Made by a program: the position numbers and the translations under genes. Under the pieces are notes generated by a model. The model was not told the origin of the DNA and searched no databases. It saw nothing but the letters and a program-made list of their open reading frames with translations. Below, in pieces: positions 24,783-37,560 of a stretch of 64,000 nt of DNA (the stretch's first letter is position 1; every line of letters starts with the position of its first letter). This stretch comes from Marsupella aquatica (lineage: Eukaryota > Plantae > Marchantiophyta): assembly GCA_973895155.1 (NCBI GenBank), contig OZ316895.1:9226184-9290183 (forward strand), read 5' to 3'.

Positions 24783-25404
24783 GGTCAAAAGCAAGCTAGA
24801 GGGGTACTAAAAGGATCTCCACTTTCTCCACCAAAAGGACTTGGGTCCTTGAACTAATTCTTAGAATATTCTCCAGTGACCAAAATGTGACATGGAAGGG
24901 CCCAGATCTGTTTCGTGCCCATCCAAAGGTTAGATTTGAATTTGAGTCCAAATATGCATTGAATGTACCCCTCTAAAGCAAAGTGGTGGCCCCAAAAGCC
25001 AGTTGTTAGTGATTAAGGATCTTTGTTTGATTATAGACGCCGGTTTTAGGACGGTTCAAAATTCAAAATATCAATTAAGACATCCCAAACTTTATGCTAA
25101 ATCCAAAACAAGGACTGTTGCAACCACTGTTGCCCGACGACTCCTTTTGAGCTTCGTGACTTATTTTGAATGTTGCGTCGGACTCTGTATCCAAAGCTCG
25201 AGGCACAACACACAATGCTTTCAATATTACCATTCTTAAAGAAACGCTTGAAAGAATGCACACGGTCAGGTTTGATGTTGCATTATTTTCAGATCCCTCC
25301 TTTCACTTGAGAGTCTTCCTTATTCATGAACAATTCCATTTCAGAAGTCGGAGATATTTAGAGTAGAGGTGAGTGCGTAGAGGGCGGGCACATACAAAGC
25401 TTAT

Positions 25405-28400
25405 TTGCAAATTCATCAACGAGAGATGGTGATTCTTAGTAACGTAGAAGATGCACTTGAAAGGATAAAGAGAGAGGCTCATAACCAAAGAAGGCGTCAG
25501 AAATACTACGATCAGTTTGAGAGGAAGAAAAAAGATGCAACCACTCAGTGCAATTGGGAGAACGAGGTTCTTGCGGATGCAGAGCAGCACTGTAATGACA
25601 TTCTTGCAGATGCGGAGCAACAAGGTTCGGATATGCTTGCGGATGCGGAGTTACAATGTGAAAACATGCTCACTGAGGCAGAGCAAGAAGGGCAGCAATT
25701 GCTTCGTGGTGTGAATCAACAATGCGAGGCACTAAAGATGGCTGCTATGGATGACATACTAGAAATCACTGCCCAAGCACAGAGTGAGGTTGCTCCGTTG
25801 TTACACACCATGCTTTCAAACTTGCAAGAGGAAGTTGCTAAAGGCAAGGAAAGAGTCTGTGTTTTGAATGCAACCATAGGCAGAAGGGAAGCACGTCTCC
25901 AAGCATTGAATGCGCAACTCGCAGTGTCTATTGATGAGCCAGAGTTTCAAGTTCATGATTTGGACAAGGCTGTAGCATTTCGGAGAAGAGACGCAACAAG
26001 GAAACGAGCTCAATACCAAGAGGAGCACCAATCTTGCACCAGCATGAAGAGAACGGGGGTATGTAGTGACCACGGTGATCCTATCCCAAAGCGGAAGCGA
26101 CAGTGCATCAATAGATTAGTTTCCAATTTCATTAGGGTTTTAATGAGTCGAATGAAAGACCTTAATGTGGCTGCTAGAAAGCTAGTTATGGAGAGATTTT
26201 GGTTGCATAGTGCTTTGAGACAATACCAGCCTGCAGCGCTTGGGTGTGCAAGGCTAGATGCATCTGTAGGGTCTGCCGTGATTGACCTTGTTAAATCTCT
26301 AAAAATTGTGAAATCAGCTAGACACAAAGATCATCTAGCCATGAAGAGAGCGCTCTTGATATCGCTGGTAGGAGAGTCCATAGTAGGGAGTAGATACCAG
26401 ACCTCATTGGCCACAGCTTTGGGTGCAAACTTCAAAACATCCACAAAGCAGGTGCAATGAGGAAACAGCTTGATCAGGATGCAGCATTGAGATATCCTAC
26501 CGGTGACCGAAAGGTTAGGAGTGACAAGATTTCTATTGAGGTGCGAAAGATTGTGGAACAATACTGGGAGAGCAATACTCGAATTTCTCCTTGCAAGAAG
26601 GATGTGGCCAAACTACGCCTAGGTTTGAAGCAGTACGAGAAGCATTCCAAGCATTGGCTTGAGGATACTGAGGTAAATAATTATTTTTTGCTAATAGTAT
26701 GATCGTGTTGAACTCGTATTCTCTGAAGTGCATGACAGAGTTTCTATGAGTAAGCTGAACCTTACCCCCTGGCGAATGGATCCTGATTTCATATTGCGTG
26801 TCTTGCAGGTTGAGCTCTTCATGAAATTCGAAAATTGGTGCACCGTGGAGGGGAATGGCATTTCTATAGGTCTCAGATCTTTTCAACAATTAAAGCCATA
26901 CTATATCCGCACTATGAAGGATAGAATGGTTTGTTGCTGCAAACAACATGTTGAAATGGACCTGTTGAAAGAGGCACTCAACAAGTTCAGGAGACACCAG
27001 CACCAAAAGGATTGTAATTGTGAGTGTTCCATATGTAGATCACCCAATGCTTCTTTAGAGGGTCGCAGTTGTATTGCCTCTAAGACATCCATTACTTCAG
27101 TACGAGAATGGATGGAAGGAGCAGTTTGTCCTAAGCTTGAGGGTCAGGAATGGCACCGGAAGAGTTGTATTTTTGGTCAGTGTGAGAGATGTGGAGTTCA
27201 CAAGTTGTCATGGTGTGAAATGGAGATGGACATCATAGAGACACCTTATATTGATTGGGAAACCTTTCAATACGTGGAGCTAGATGAGAAGACACAGAAC
27301 AAGAGAGAAAAGAAAAAAGGGACTGCTGAAAGCGCACAACAGAAGGTAAAGCGCTTGCGGATGGTGCATCGAAGAACTTCTCTTCCTGATTTCAAGCTGC
27401 ACGTACTAGGTACAATGAAGACATTTCTTATTCATAATTTTCGAGCCCATTGGCAAGCTATTCAGTCCAAACTCTGCCTAAAGACCTTCCCGCGGGGAAC
27501 TATAGTGTCGTCCATAGACTTTTCTGAGAATTATACGTTCAAGGTCCAGAATGAGATCCAAACTCAGCATTGGGATAATAAACAAATTACCTTGTTGATT
27601 CTTGTGACATACAGACATCGTGAAGATGTTGAGTCTATTGAGGCTGCCATAGGTAGGTCTGTAGGAATGGCACAAGACAGCATTGGGAATCGAGACATTA
27701 TAGCTGATTACCATTTTTTCATTAGTGATGACAACACCCATGACACCCTTTTTGTGCAACACTGCATGGACTCACACGTAAACTGGATGAAGCAAGAGAA
27801 AATTTCATTCAAGCACCATTGGGTTTGGTCAGATGGAGCGGCTTCACAGTTTAAGGCTTGCAGGCCTTTTTATTATGTCTCCAGATATTACAAGCGACAT
27901 GGTGCTAGAATGAAATGGTTCTTCCATGCTTCAGGACATGGAAAGGGGGTTGCTGTGAGTTTCTTAACTCTGTCTTTGATCAGTTACTGCTCTATTTGAC
28001 CATCATGAACAATCTGATTCAATACTATAGTGAGCTTTCATTGTAAATAGTGAGCTTTACAAATTGCACAGGTGTACATTCATTCACCCTCTGATTGAAT
28101 TGTAATTGGTGTGCTTCATTTCAGGATGCTCTTGGTGGTCACATTAAGAGCGAAATAGAGAAGGAGCAGCTGAAAGGAATTCATGGAGCTCGGTTGGAGA
28201 ATGCTGCTGATGTGGTTGCTTTTTGCAAAGACAAATTTGCCCTTGGCCAAGAGAAGGAATATGGTGACGTTCAATTGGTGAGGCGAATGTTTTGGGAAAT
28301 TGGTGCACATGAAGTGAACCGAAGGAAAAAATGGGACTGTGACGCAATCAAGGGAAGTAGAACACTACATTGCTTTGATGGGTTTAGTGATCGTCTCTCT

Positions 28401-28988
28401 ACTCTTTTGCAAGTAAGGGATCTTTGTTGCTTCTGTGCTCATTGTGTAGATGATGAACCAGCCAAATGTGAGAACATAGAATGCGTAGGACATTTTAAAC
28501 TCGAAATGGTGAGAGGAGTACTGCCAATTGATGTGATACCTGACATACACAACATAGGACTAGGGGAAGGAGGTTCTCAATGGCAGGATGGCTTTTTGGC
28601 AGAATTGGTCCAACTAGGTGACTTTTATGCTGTTGAAGCCGAGCAGCCAAATAAGTGGGGTGCTGATTTCTACGTCCTTCAATGTGAGGAGGTACTGCAC
28701 ACAATCAAAGAGAGATTTACAGACGGGTATGAGGTGGAGTTTGATGCAGGCGACTTGGCATTGAAGGGAAGGTGGTTTCAACCAATTCCAAAATCAGAAA
28801 CCAGATTTGTATTCAATGACACTGCACCCTCAAGCTATACTCATGCAAAATCTGTAGTTCATATTAGGTTTGCTTTGACTCCATGTGAGGTTGGTCGAAA
28901 GGGTGGCAGTAGGATGTACAGCTTAGATGTACATTCTCTAGCAGCAATCTCTGCTTCCTTGACTTCACAAGTCACTGTTGGAACGTAG
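25405..28988 (+). CDS. Sola2-like DDD transposase, copy 2 (3 exons; one frameshift near 26430)
   Basis: GT-AG introns 26673-26808 and 27955-28124; splicing gives GHGKGVA|DALGG. Also IDFSENY, WSDGAASQFK, Cys-rich segments and an N-terminal coiled coil. Confidence 0.85.
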
Positions 28989-29204
28989 ATTGTGCATGCA
29001 GGCGCTACAATGGAGTGAAGTGCCTGGCAATGACTAGTCAGGTATGGTGCCCACAAGTTACATTGTAAACTATAGATTTGCTGTAATTCAATCTGACTGT
29101 TGTATCCATAGCTTTGCTTTCAATCCAGTGTATGCAAAATATGCTTGCTAGGTCTTAATCAATGTTCAAGTCCTTGTATGTAGCTGACAGAGGAATCACG
29201 CGTC

Positions 29205-30150
29205 CTCACAAGGACTGAATTCCTTTTTCCATCAAGGACTTTAGACCGAATTCCTTTTTGCGTGAAGGACTCAAGCCCTGAAAAGGACTTAATCCATTTT
29301 GTGCGAAGGACTAAAGCCCTGAAAGGGACTTTAATCCTTGTTGTCTGAAGGACTGATGTACTAGACTCCTTTTTGCATGAAGGACTCAGTCCCAGGAAAG
29401 GGCTTTAATCCTTGTTATCCGAAGGACTGATGTACTAGACTCCTTTCTGCATGAAGGACTCAGTCCCAGGAAAGGACTTTAATCCTTTTTGTCCGAAGGA
29501 CTACAGGACTGGACTCCTTGTGCATGAAGGACTCAGTCCCACCAAAGGACTTAAATCCTTTTCGTCCGAAGGACTACAGGACTGGACTCCTTGTGCATGA
29601 AGGACTCAGTCCCACAAAAGGACTTTAATCCTTTTCGTCCAAAGGACTATAGGACTGGGCTCCTTGTGCATGAAGGACTCAGTCCCAGGAAAGGACTTTA
29701 ATCCTTTTCGTCCGAAGGACTACAGGACTGGACTCCTTGTGCATGAAGGACTCAGTTGAATGAAAGGACTTAAATCCTTTTATAGGAAGGACTAATATAG
29801 GACTCCACTCCATTGTCCGAAGGACTGAAGTACTAGACTCCTTTTTGCATGAAGGACTGAAATCCTTGTTGTTTGAAGGACTCAAGTCCTAAAATGACTT
29901 TACTCCTTTTCCCTTGAAAGGATTCTAACCTTGAGAAGGACTTGAATCCTTTTTGTGCAAAGGAAAGAGCTAGGTTTTAAGAGTACTACACTTGACGTAC
30001 TCTATTCTATGTGAAGAACTAAATTCTGTCCTGGACTCCTTTCTGTGTGGAGTATCTAATACCTGTTGGCTGAAGGAGTTATAGGACTAGAGTTCACTCC
30101 TTCAAGGTCTGTCTGATTGTCTGAACTCCTTCCCTTCAAGGACTATATTG
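29205..30150. repeat. ~59-60 bp tandem minisatellite built from AAGGAC/GTCCTT motifs
   Basis: Unit GAAGGACTACAGGACTGGACTCCTTGTGCATGAAGGACTCAGTCCCAGGAAAGGACTTTAATCCTTTTCGTCC-like, repeated about 7-8 times at 29330-29880 with degenerate flanks. Confidence 0.9.
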
Positions 30151-31800
30151 TCCCTACGAATCCCTTCATAATTTTTATGAAGTGGTCATCTTATGATCAT
30201 CTCATGTAATAAGGGAAGAGTTTTAATGAGAGTTTTCTGTGTGAAATTCTGTCAGTGGCGCCTGCAATGCTTTTGAATCTACTTCAGTTTGTATTCAACC
30301 TTTATTACCTTTATTACCTTTTAGCCCAATTTTTCCATCAGTTTTTCCACACAATAAGTGGAAATTAATAGTACCCGCAGTTTAGAGTAAATAGTGCTCT
30401 AGTTTGCAATAATTTTGGATGTTACTCGGAGAGGATCTTACCTAATTTTGGATTTTCCCTGTAGGGTACAGTTTCCAAGGGTGTCGGCAATTCAACCATG
30501 GGATAGGTACAACAGATAGAAGGCTATTATGAGTTTCTCTCATGACATGTACATGAGAGTATTCATTGCATTCCTTGCCCAGGATTGCGATTGAATTAGT
30601 GTTAAGTTAGTTTAGAATCATTTCATTGTTCATTGGTTTTACCCAAGAGCAGGCTCTGTCAGCACGGAAGGTTATGCAAGGTGCAAGTTGGAGAGGCAGC
30701 TAAAAACTCTGAGGGTGAAGCCCACCGTGGCTGTTGTATATACATATGATGTCAGGAAGTAAAGAGCTATAAAGCAGTGACTGATTGCTATTTTGGATTG
30801 AAACTCAATCTCGCACACAATTCTGGACTATGTTGTGTACCAATTCTGTCAAAAAAAATGACAACTACATTCCAATCAGAATTTGTCTTAACCCTCTGAA
30901 TTAGACAGAACACCATTCTTATCCGCCGAGCCTGTAGCATAGCCCTGTATCTACAAGCAAACTTTATTTCCCCATGTGGCCTTGAACTCCACAAAGCAAA
31001 CTTCAATCTCTAAACGCCTGTAAAGTATTTATTATCATTTTCTCATTTCCGATCAACAATAACTAAGGACGGCAGCACCATCGGTTTGCACAACCATTTC
31101 ATATTCATACTAGACATAACTTGATATATTCTAGACAACAAAATGTTTGAAGTTGCGGCCTTACTTAAGATTTTCCACCAGATCAAGTTCCAGTGACTCA
31201 AACTTAGTTATCGATCAAGTTCCAGTGACTTGACTATCTGGATCAAATCATCCGTGGCAATTACTACATGAGTTCATGATTCAAAGTCTGGAAAGCACAC
31301 TTTTGGCTCCACATGAGAAGAGGCACAGTCTGCCGCTGCAATCAAGAATCAGTTCAGAGTTGCCAATATATTTTTGACCCCCTCCCAGCCTCCCAATCCA
31401 ATGGAGTCTTCCAACTGTCCACTAAGTCATATATGCTATGTTGAGAACTCTGCCGAGTCCTTCAAATTCCATGGTCTGCTTTTGCAAAGTTTCGCTACCA
31501 AACAAACTACCAACACAGAAAATAACAATCGATAAACGTCCTTTAGACTTCCCTCACAAGGACCTACGTGAAAGGACAAAAACGCATGTCACGAAACTGC
31601 CAGCTTTATTCAAAAGCAAAAGATCTTCATAGATCATGTACAAAGTAAACATTGATATCAAACTCAAGTACTACAAGCGCGCGTGTAGTTTCCCAAAACT
31701 ACAAAATAGCACCGTCCCGTCCCTCTGAATTAGCTTTCTATACAGATTTAGCTTTGAACAGGCTTTCTGCCTCCCTGCTTCAATTGTTGAATGCTAACTC

Positions 31801-32385
31801 CTAGTTAGAGATGCGAAATGACTTTAAAGTGTCCACTATGTCAGCTGAAAAATCCTCATACAGTTTCATCCACTTCGGCCTGGGCTTTGACTCCTCTGTC
31901 ACTCCATCTGATTCAGATGGATGCTGTTCAAATCCTACAGCCCGAACCACATCCCCACAAGACTCATCCTTGACATAGGTGATAGTCCACAGCAAAGTCA
32001 TCGCCTGTTCAAAAATTCTTTTTTTCTTCTGCTCATCGCTACTGTATGAATCCTTGAAGGTTTGCCCTGAAACCCCCATCAACTTTGACCCATGAGCTTC
32101 ATTTACTTGGATGACAAGATCACCCACTTGGATAGCAAAACAGTACATGTATGTACCACTCCCGTCTTCACAACAAGCATGCTCCTCTCGGCCCCTAGAG
32201 TGAGGACCCAGTGGAGACTCAAGATTATGCCTCCTGAGTTTGCGTTTGTGCTTCCCCAATGCACAAGGTCGGCCATCTTTCAGCAACAGACCACAGCCTT
32301 CATAAACATAAGATCCCGCACAGAGGCCCCACATTTTCTCAATCTTTGCCTTGTTGAGAGTGCAAAATGAGCCTTGCTTGTCCAT
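31801..32385 (-). CDS. Gene B, copy 2 (RPA1-C-like zinc/OB protein)
   Basis: MDKQGSFCTLNKAKIEKMWGLCAGSYVYEGC...; intact and colinear with 15942-16613. Confidence 0.6.
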   Translation of the reverse strand: MDKQGSFCTLNKAKIEKMWGLCAGSYVYEGCGLLLKDGRPCALGKHKRKLRRHNLESPLGPHSRGREEHACCEDGSGTYMYCFAIQVGDLVIQVNEAHGSKLMGVSGQTFKDSYSSDEQKKKRIFEQAMTLLWTITYVKDESCGDVVRAVGFEQHPSESDGVTEESKPRPKWMKLYEDFSADIVDTLKSFRISN

Positions 32386-32534
32386 CTGCAACTGTATCAA
32401 ACAAAAGGATCTTAGAATATGTAGTGAGGTCAAACAGACCCATAGTTACTGCAGCTAGCTATTTATCCCTACAGAACAACAAAGAGCAGAAGGCATGCAA
32501 GCAAAGAAATTAATGAACAGTTGCTGCCTCCTTG

Positions 32535-32925
32535 GTGAAGGACCAGGCTTGAGGAGATGAGTCCTGGTCCTTGAGCGCAAGTCCTTGAAGGACAGGAAGT
32601 AGTTGGACAAGGACTTGAAGGAGGGAAGTCCTTGGAGAAGGACCCAAAAGTCCTTGAAAGGACCCAAGTCCTTCGACTCAAGGACCTTAAGTCCTTGGAG
32701 AAGGACCCAAAAGTCCTTGAAAGGACCCAAGTCCTTGGAGAAGGACCGAAAGTCCTTCCTAAAGGAATGATGATGTCCGAGTGGAGTCCTTGCAAGAGGA
32801 CCTTTGTCCTTAGATAAGGACCGAGAGTCCTTGGAAAAGGACTGCATGTCCTTGTCAAAGGACCGCATGTCCTTGGGAAGGAGAACTAGTCCTTGGAGAG
32901 GATATTTCCGTAGTCCTTGGAGACT
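32535..32925. repeat. AAGGAC/GTCCTT motif array (copy 2, between genes A and B)
   Basis: Repeated AAGGACCC-AAGTCCTT units, including a duplicated block at 32626-32745. Confidence 0.85.
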
Positions 32926-33389
32926 AGTGTGCACTAGTGGGAGTGATTGCAATGAGTGCTAGCTTCGACAAGGACAGTATCGACTCACTTGGTGAAAGAC
33001 TGGGTGAAATGACTGCAAGTTCCAATCCAAGAATTGTCAGTCCTTGGCCAAGAACTTCCGCTATCAACCATCCTTCACAGCAAGGACTCGAACTAATTTA
33101 TCTATAGCATGACTAATGTTCATCCAGCAAGAAGTACCGATTGATCTAAAAGAAATGGAAATCAGATTTACCTTTCCAACTTGATCCTCCATCCGATCAG
33201 AAAAGGGTATTGCGCCGGCCTCTACTTGCCTGCACCAAGAAACAACACATGCAAAAATCTGATTCAGTAACAAAGTCTACAAATTACACTGACAACAAAT
33301 TCGGCCATGCAACAAATGCATCATGGATGTATCAAATTATTTGATCACAGTCAATCAGAGTGGACCATTGCCAGCTTCTTAGTCCACGT

Positions 33390-36124
33390 TCAAGAAGGAA
33401 GCCACAATCTCTTTCTAGAACTGGCTGGCGGTGCAGAGGATTTAGGAGGGCCTTTGAAATCGAGTATTTGTGGTACAACTGGATGTCCATGGCCAACTCC
33501 AAGTAGGTCTAACATTTGCCAGGATGAAACCTGAGACATGGACTCTGGGCTAAACGGCATTGTGAGTAGCTCTGGAGTCGTCAAAGGTCTACTTAGCACC
33601 TTCCTAGATGATTCCAAAGCCCTCGTTCTTTTCCCCAATTCCCGACCCTCAGTTTTGGGTGTCAAAAGCCTCCCTGTAGACTCGCCATCTTGGTTATCAT
33701 CTTTCCCAGACTTGTTTCCCAGCTTTTGTGACATGGGAGCCGCCTCCAAAGCAAGTAGCAACGTTTCACCTTCAGCTTGGAGGTTTGCCTGAATGCACAC
33801 ATGTAATAGTATTGAGGGTCAATACACTATTGGAGACTTTAAAATTGGAACAACCACTTGGACTATCCAATTAAGTGCAGACAACAACAAAGGAATTGAT
33901 AATGCATGCATCACTTGTCTCATTTTCCGTACCTGTTCATGCACAGTTTGGATTTGTTGTATGAGTTGTCTCCTACTGAAAAGATCAATACTTGGCGCCC
34001 CATAGTACACTCTTTTCATGTGATCTATGTAACTTACTCGCCTCTGTTCTCCGTGTGTGGGTAAGCCCCACGTTCGTAACCAATCATCAGAAAATGGTAG
34101 CCCACAAGCTTCACACTTAGGAGTATCCTTTGAATCACCAATCAAAGAAAAAAGACAACTCGAATGATATGTGTGCCCACAGGATGCTGGGATCCAATTG
34201 CAGCAATGATAACCATTGCAACAAACGGGACAACTTGATAACAGAACTTGGGTTGACACTGGAGAAGTAAGTGTCGCAACAAAGGTCGGCCTCAAGGTTG
34301 GACAGGGATTATGCAATACCCTCTCCAGAGTTGCATATTCAGACTTTTGTGCTTCCTCCGCCAAGTTAAGCTCCTTCAAGTCTGCATCCACAGCTACAGC
34401 CACTTTTTTCAATCGGGACACCATCCCTGATGATGCTTCAAACCGCTTCTGCTTGGCTGCAATGATCTCGGTCACCTTCACCATATCCCTCCCGATGGTC
34501 TCTTGGCGGCCCTTCAACTCAGCAATTTTGGCTCTTAAGTTTTTAAGTTGGGTTTCCAAGAGAGTACTGAACTCAATGCCCTGTAACCATCGGACACAAT
34601 TCAAATTTGTAAGAGTACAACAATGCTAGACTAATACACTCCATAATTCTTTCTGATGATGCAAAATAATCAGGGAATGAAAGACTACGAATGATTCCCC
34701 TACAAGGTAGGGTGAATATACCTCATTCCCAGAGCCCTCATCTTCCTTGTTGGCCTCTAGCTCGAGGTCTAAAATGATGTCATCGACTTCCTTGTCTGTA
34801 GAGTCTACCATCTCCCGCAATTGATCTTGTTCTTGTTCCATAGATCTCAACTGCTCATTAAGCTTTTCCACGGTTGTTGGGTTTCCAAGAGAGTACTGAA
34901 CTCAATGCCCTGTAACCATCGGAAACAATTCAAATTTGTAAGAGTACAACAATGCTAGACTAATACACTCCATAATTCTTTCTGATGATGCAAAATAATC
35001 AGGGAATGAAAGACTACGAATGATTCCCCTACAAGGTAGGGTGAATATACCTCATTCCCAGAGCCCTCATCTTCCTTGTTGGCCTCTAGCTCGAGGTCTA
35101 AAATGATGTCATCGACTTCCTTGTCTGTAGAGTCTACCATCTCCCGCAATTGATCTTGTTCTTGTTCCATAGATCTCAACTGCTCATTAAGCTTTTCCAC
35201 GGTTGTTGGGTGATCCCGTTCAGCTGCATCTAGGGCCTTCAAACTGGCTTCAACCTTGGCAGCGTCTAGCAGAGCCTCACGTTTTTGGCACTTTGTAGAC
35301 AAAATTGCTGAGTCAAGCATGGATAGTAGAAGTCCGGTAGGCTCAGCTTGATAAAAGGGCACCTTTGGGACATCACAGACAATAGCCTTACACAGGGTGG
35401 TAAGTTCCTCATTGACCAATCCAACCCCCGGAGTCTTATCATTGGCTACATTATCCCAAAGAGACAATTCAAACTCCTTGGAGGCATCTGCTGATTTTGG
35501 TTCGCTCTTAGACTGCGGGGCAGTCTCTATTGACATAGGACTCTTGTAAAGACGGGGCTTCCTAACACAAGGAGGCCCGTCTGGCCTACCCTTTCCCTCT
35601 CTCTCCCACTGGATTATCTGCCCCTTTAGCTTTGACGATGCATATGCGGCCCAATTGACTTTTCGGCCAAGAACACGCTCAACATAAGCGCCTTTCACAA
35701 AGGTATGAGCCAGAAGTCCATTGACCGGTTTATCGTAGCCATCAACGACTTGGGATAGATGCAACAAGTCTGCAATGGGGATGCCAACTGAGCTATTTAA
35801 TCTATAACCACTGCGCGTTTTCTCTCCAAAACATGTACTCAAATCTTGGTCACTAACATCACTTATCTTATAAGGATTTTCACCGACATTGAGGAGTCCA
35901 AAGGTGACAGCAAAATATGTCGGGTCTCTCTGGAATTCAGCAGGATCCCAATCCTGCACACTCTTCTCGCTCTTCCGACTTGACATGCGGGGTTCTACTA
36001 AAACAGCAGGTGTGGCACCCCCAACAACTATAGGTACATCTCTAACCTGCGGCGCCTCTATACGGTCTATTGCATTAGCGACATCTTTTGAAAGTCCATC
36101 AAGGTCAAGAGGCACAACACCCAT
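33390..36124 (-). CDS. Gene A, copy 2 (RING-H2 protein), with an internal 329-bp duplication
   Basis: Colinear with 12236-14951; CPVCCNGYHCCNWIPASCGHTYHSSC..CEAC. Introns at 34581-34721 (duplicated at 34910-35050) and 33789-33932. Confidence 0.75.
34547..35211. repeat. 329-bp tandem duplication
   Basis: 34547-34875 is nearly identical to 34876-35204, with GTTGGGT microhomology at all three junctions. Confidence 0.92.
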
Positions 36125-37139
36125 CGTAACTTAGTCCTGAGTACACATACAAATCAACAATCCACCAAAGTAAAGGAGCGTGGTTTAACCTACAGATTTA
36201 GCTTCAACATTGAATGGCAAAGGTGACCAAGAAATTGGAAAAGGAGCAGAAGTTATTCACCCCCGCCTCGAATCAATCCCCTGAATTCGGCCACCAAATT
36301 GCGCACCAAGTCTTGCACTCTCCGACCGCGCGTGCCTCACCTCCAACCTCCAGGATCGTCAGTAGTGGGATTTGGGCTAATCAAATGTGATGCACAATGG
36401 CGCCGAGAGTGGTTTGGTGGAGCTGGCGCGCCTCACCTCCAAATGCGGGATTCAAAATCATCTAAGTGTTTGGAAAGAATGACGAGAGAATCCAAAAGTG
36501 ACCAAGTGAGAGCAGTTCGCGCGCAGTGACCTTCAACAGGGCCCAAAAGAGACAAACAAATTAAATGTGGCTTAGCCAACACGCACCAAGTACCCCCACC
36601 ACGCCGGGAAAGCCGTGTCAAAGGATGTGACTCCTGTGAAGGACATCACGCGAAAGCAACAAGTTGGCCCCACAGCTTGTGAGGTGGCCTTTCATAAATT
36701 AAAAGTCGCATTCAAAATTCAAAATGGGAGAAGGATGCTTGTCTTAAACTAGATCTTGTTCACATGGGCACGAAAATGACGGCTTAAGCTCATAATGGCT
36801 ACCCCTTGAGTCACGCATTAGTGATGGAATAATGATTATTGAAAAGTCCTTAGTCACTTCAAGATTGTGTAATCCTGGCCACACATGAGCCTTGGAAGTC
36901 CTTGGACATGAAGTCATTTCCCCTAGTCCTTGGGGCCTCCTTTGGTACCCCTCTAGCTTGCTTTTGACCTTCAAGTTCTTTTTTTACTCGGCAATATAAA
37001 AAGCAGTAGCATTCTATACTTATTTCATAATTGTTATAGTATGTGAGTGCATGCCCAAAATCTATTGGTTATAATATAAGTGTCCCTAATTAATCCTCTA
37101 ATGAATACCCTTTCTATAGCTAAGAACCCCTAGAAAACT

Positions 37140-37560
37140 TATGTCCCATTGGCTATCCCATGACAAAACCATCGGATATGCATCAGAAATTCTCCTCCTT
37201 TGACGATTAGATATCCGATACTATAAGCAACAAACATTTTCCGATGCCCATACTTACGGTTCCATTAAGCGTTACAAAAACCAATGGACACAATTGTCCG
37301 ATGCAGATTGTATTGGTCCTAGTCTGATACAATCCGAGACGCAACAATGTTTTGATGCATGAAGGTTCAAAAAAAATATTGAGACATGACAAACAAATGT
37401 CCGATGTATTTATATTCGGACCATATCCGATACATATCACATGGGATAACGTATGCGATGGATTTTGCATCGGGAAATAAAGGTCCGAAGGTTATTGTAT
37501 CGGAACTTTTGATGCGGGATGCTTCGGAAAATGTCCGAAGCCGATAGCATCGGACGGATC
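37140..37560. repeat. CACTA right subterminal repeats
   Basis: Multiple TCCGAT/ATCGGA motifs matching the left end. Confidence 0.8.

Larger units (their letters stand above)
24783..36969. mobile_element. Sola2-like DNA transposon, copy 2 (12.2 kb, inverted relative to copy 1)
   Basis: Perfect 25-bp TIR GGTCAAAAGCAAGCTAGAGGGGTAC; same three genes in mirror order. Flanks AATT and TTCA do not form a TSD. Confidence 0.85.

Noticed and set aside
29205-29900. Regularly spaced repeats resembling a CRISPR array
   Set aside because: Units are contiguous near-identical tandem copies without unique spacers; there are no cas genes and the context is eukaryotic.
32455-32952. ORFs of 165 and 129 aa
   Set aside because: They are translations of the AAGGAC array (SFSKD/RTW repeats) and are not conserved as protein in copy 1.
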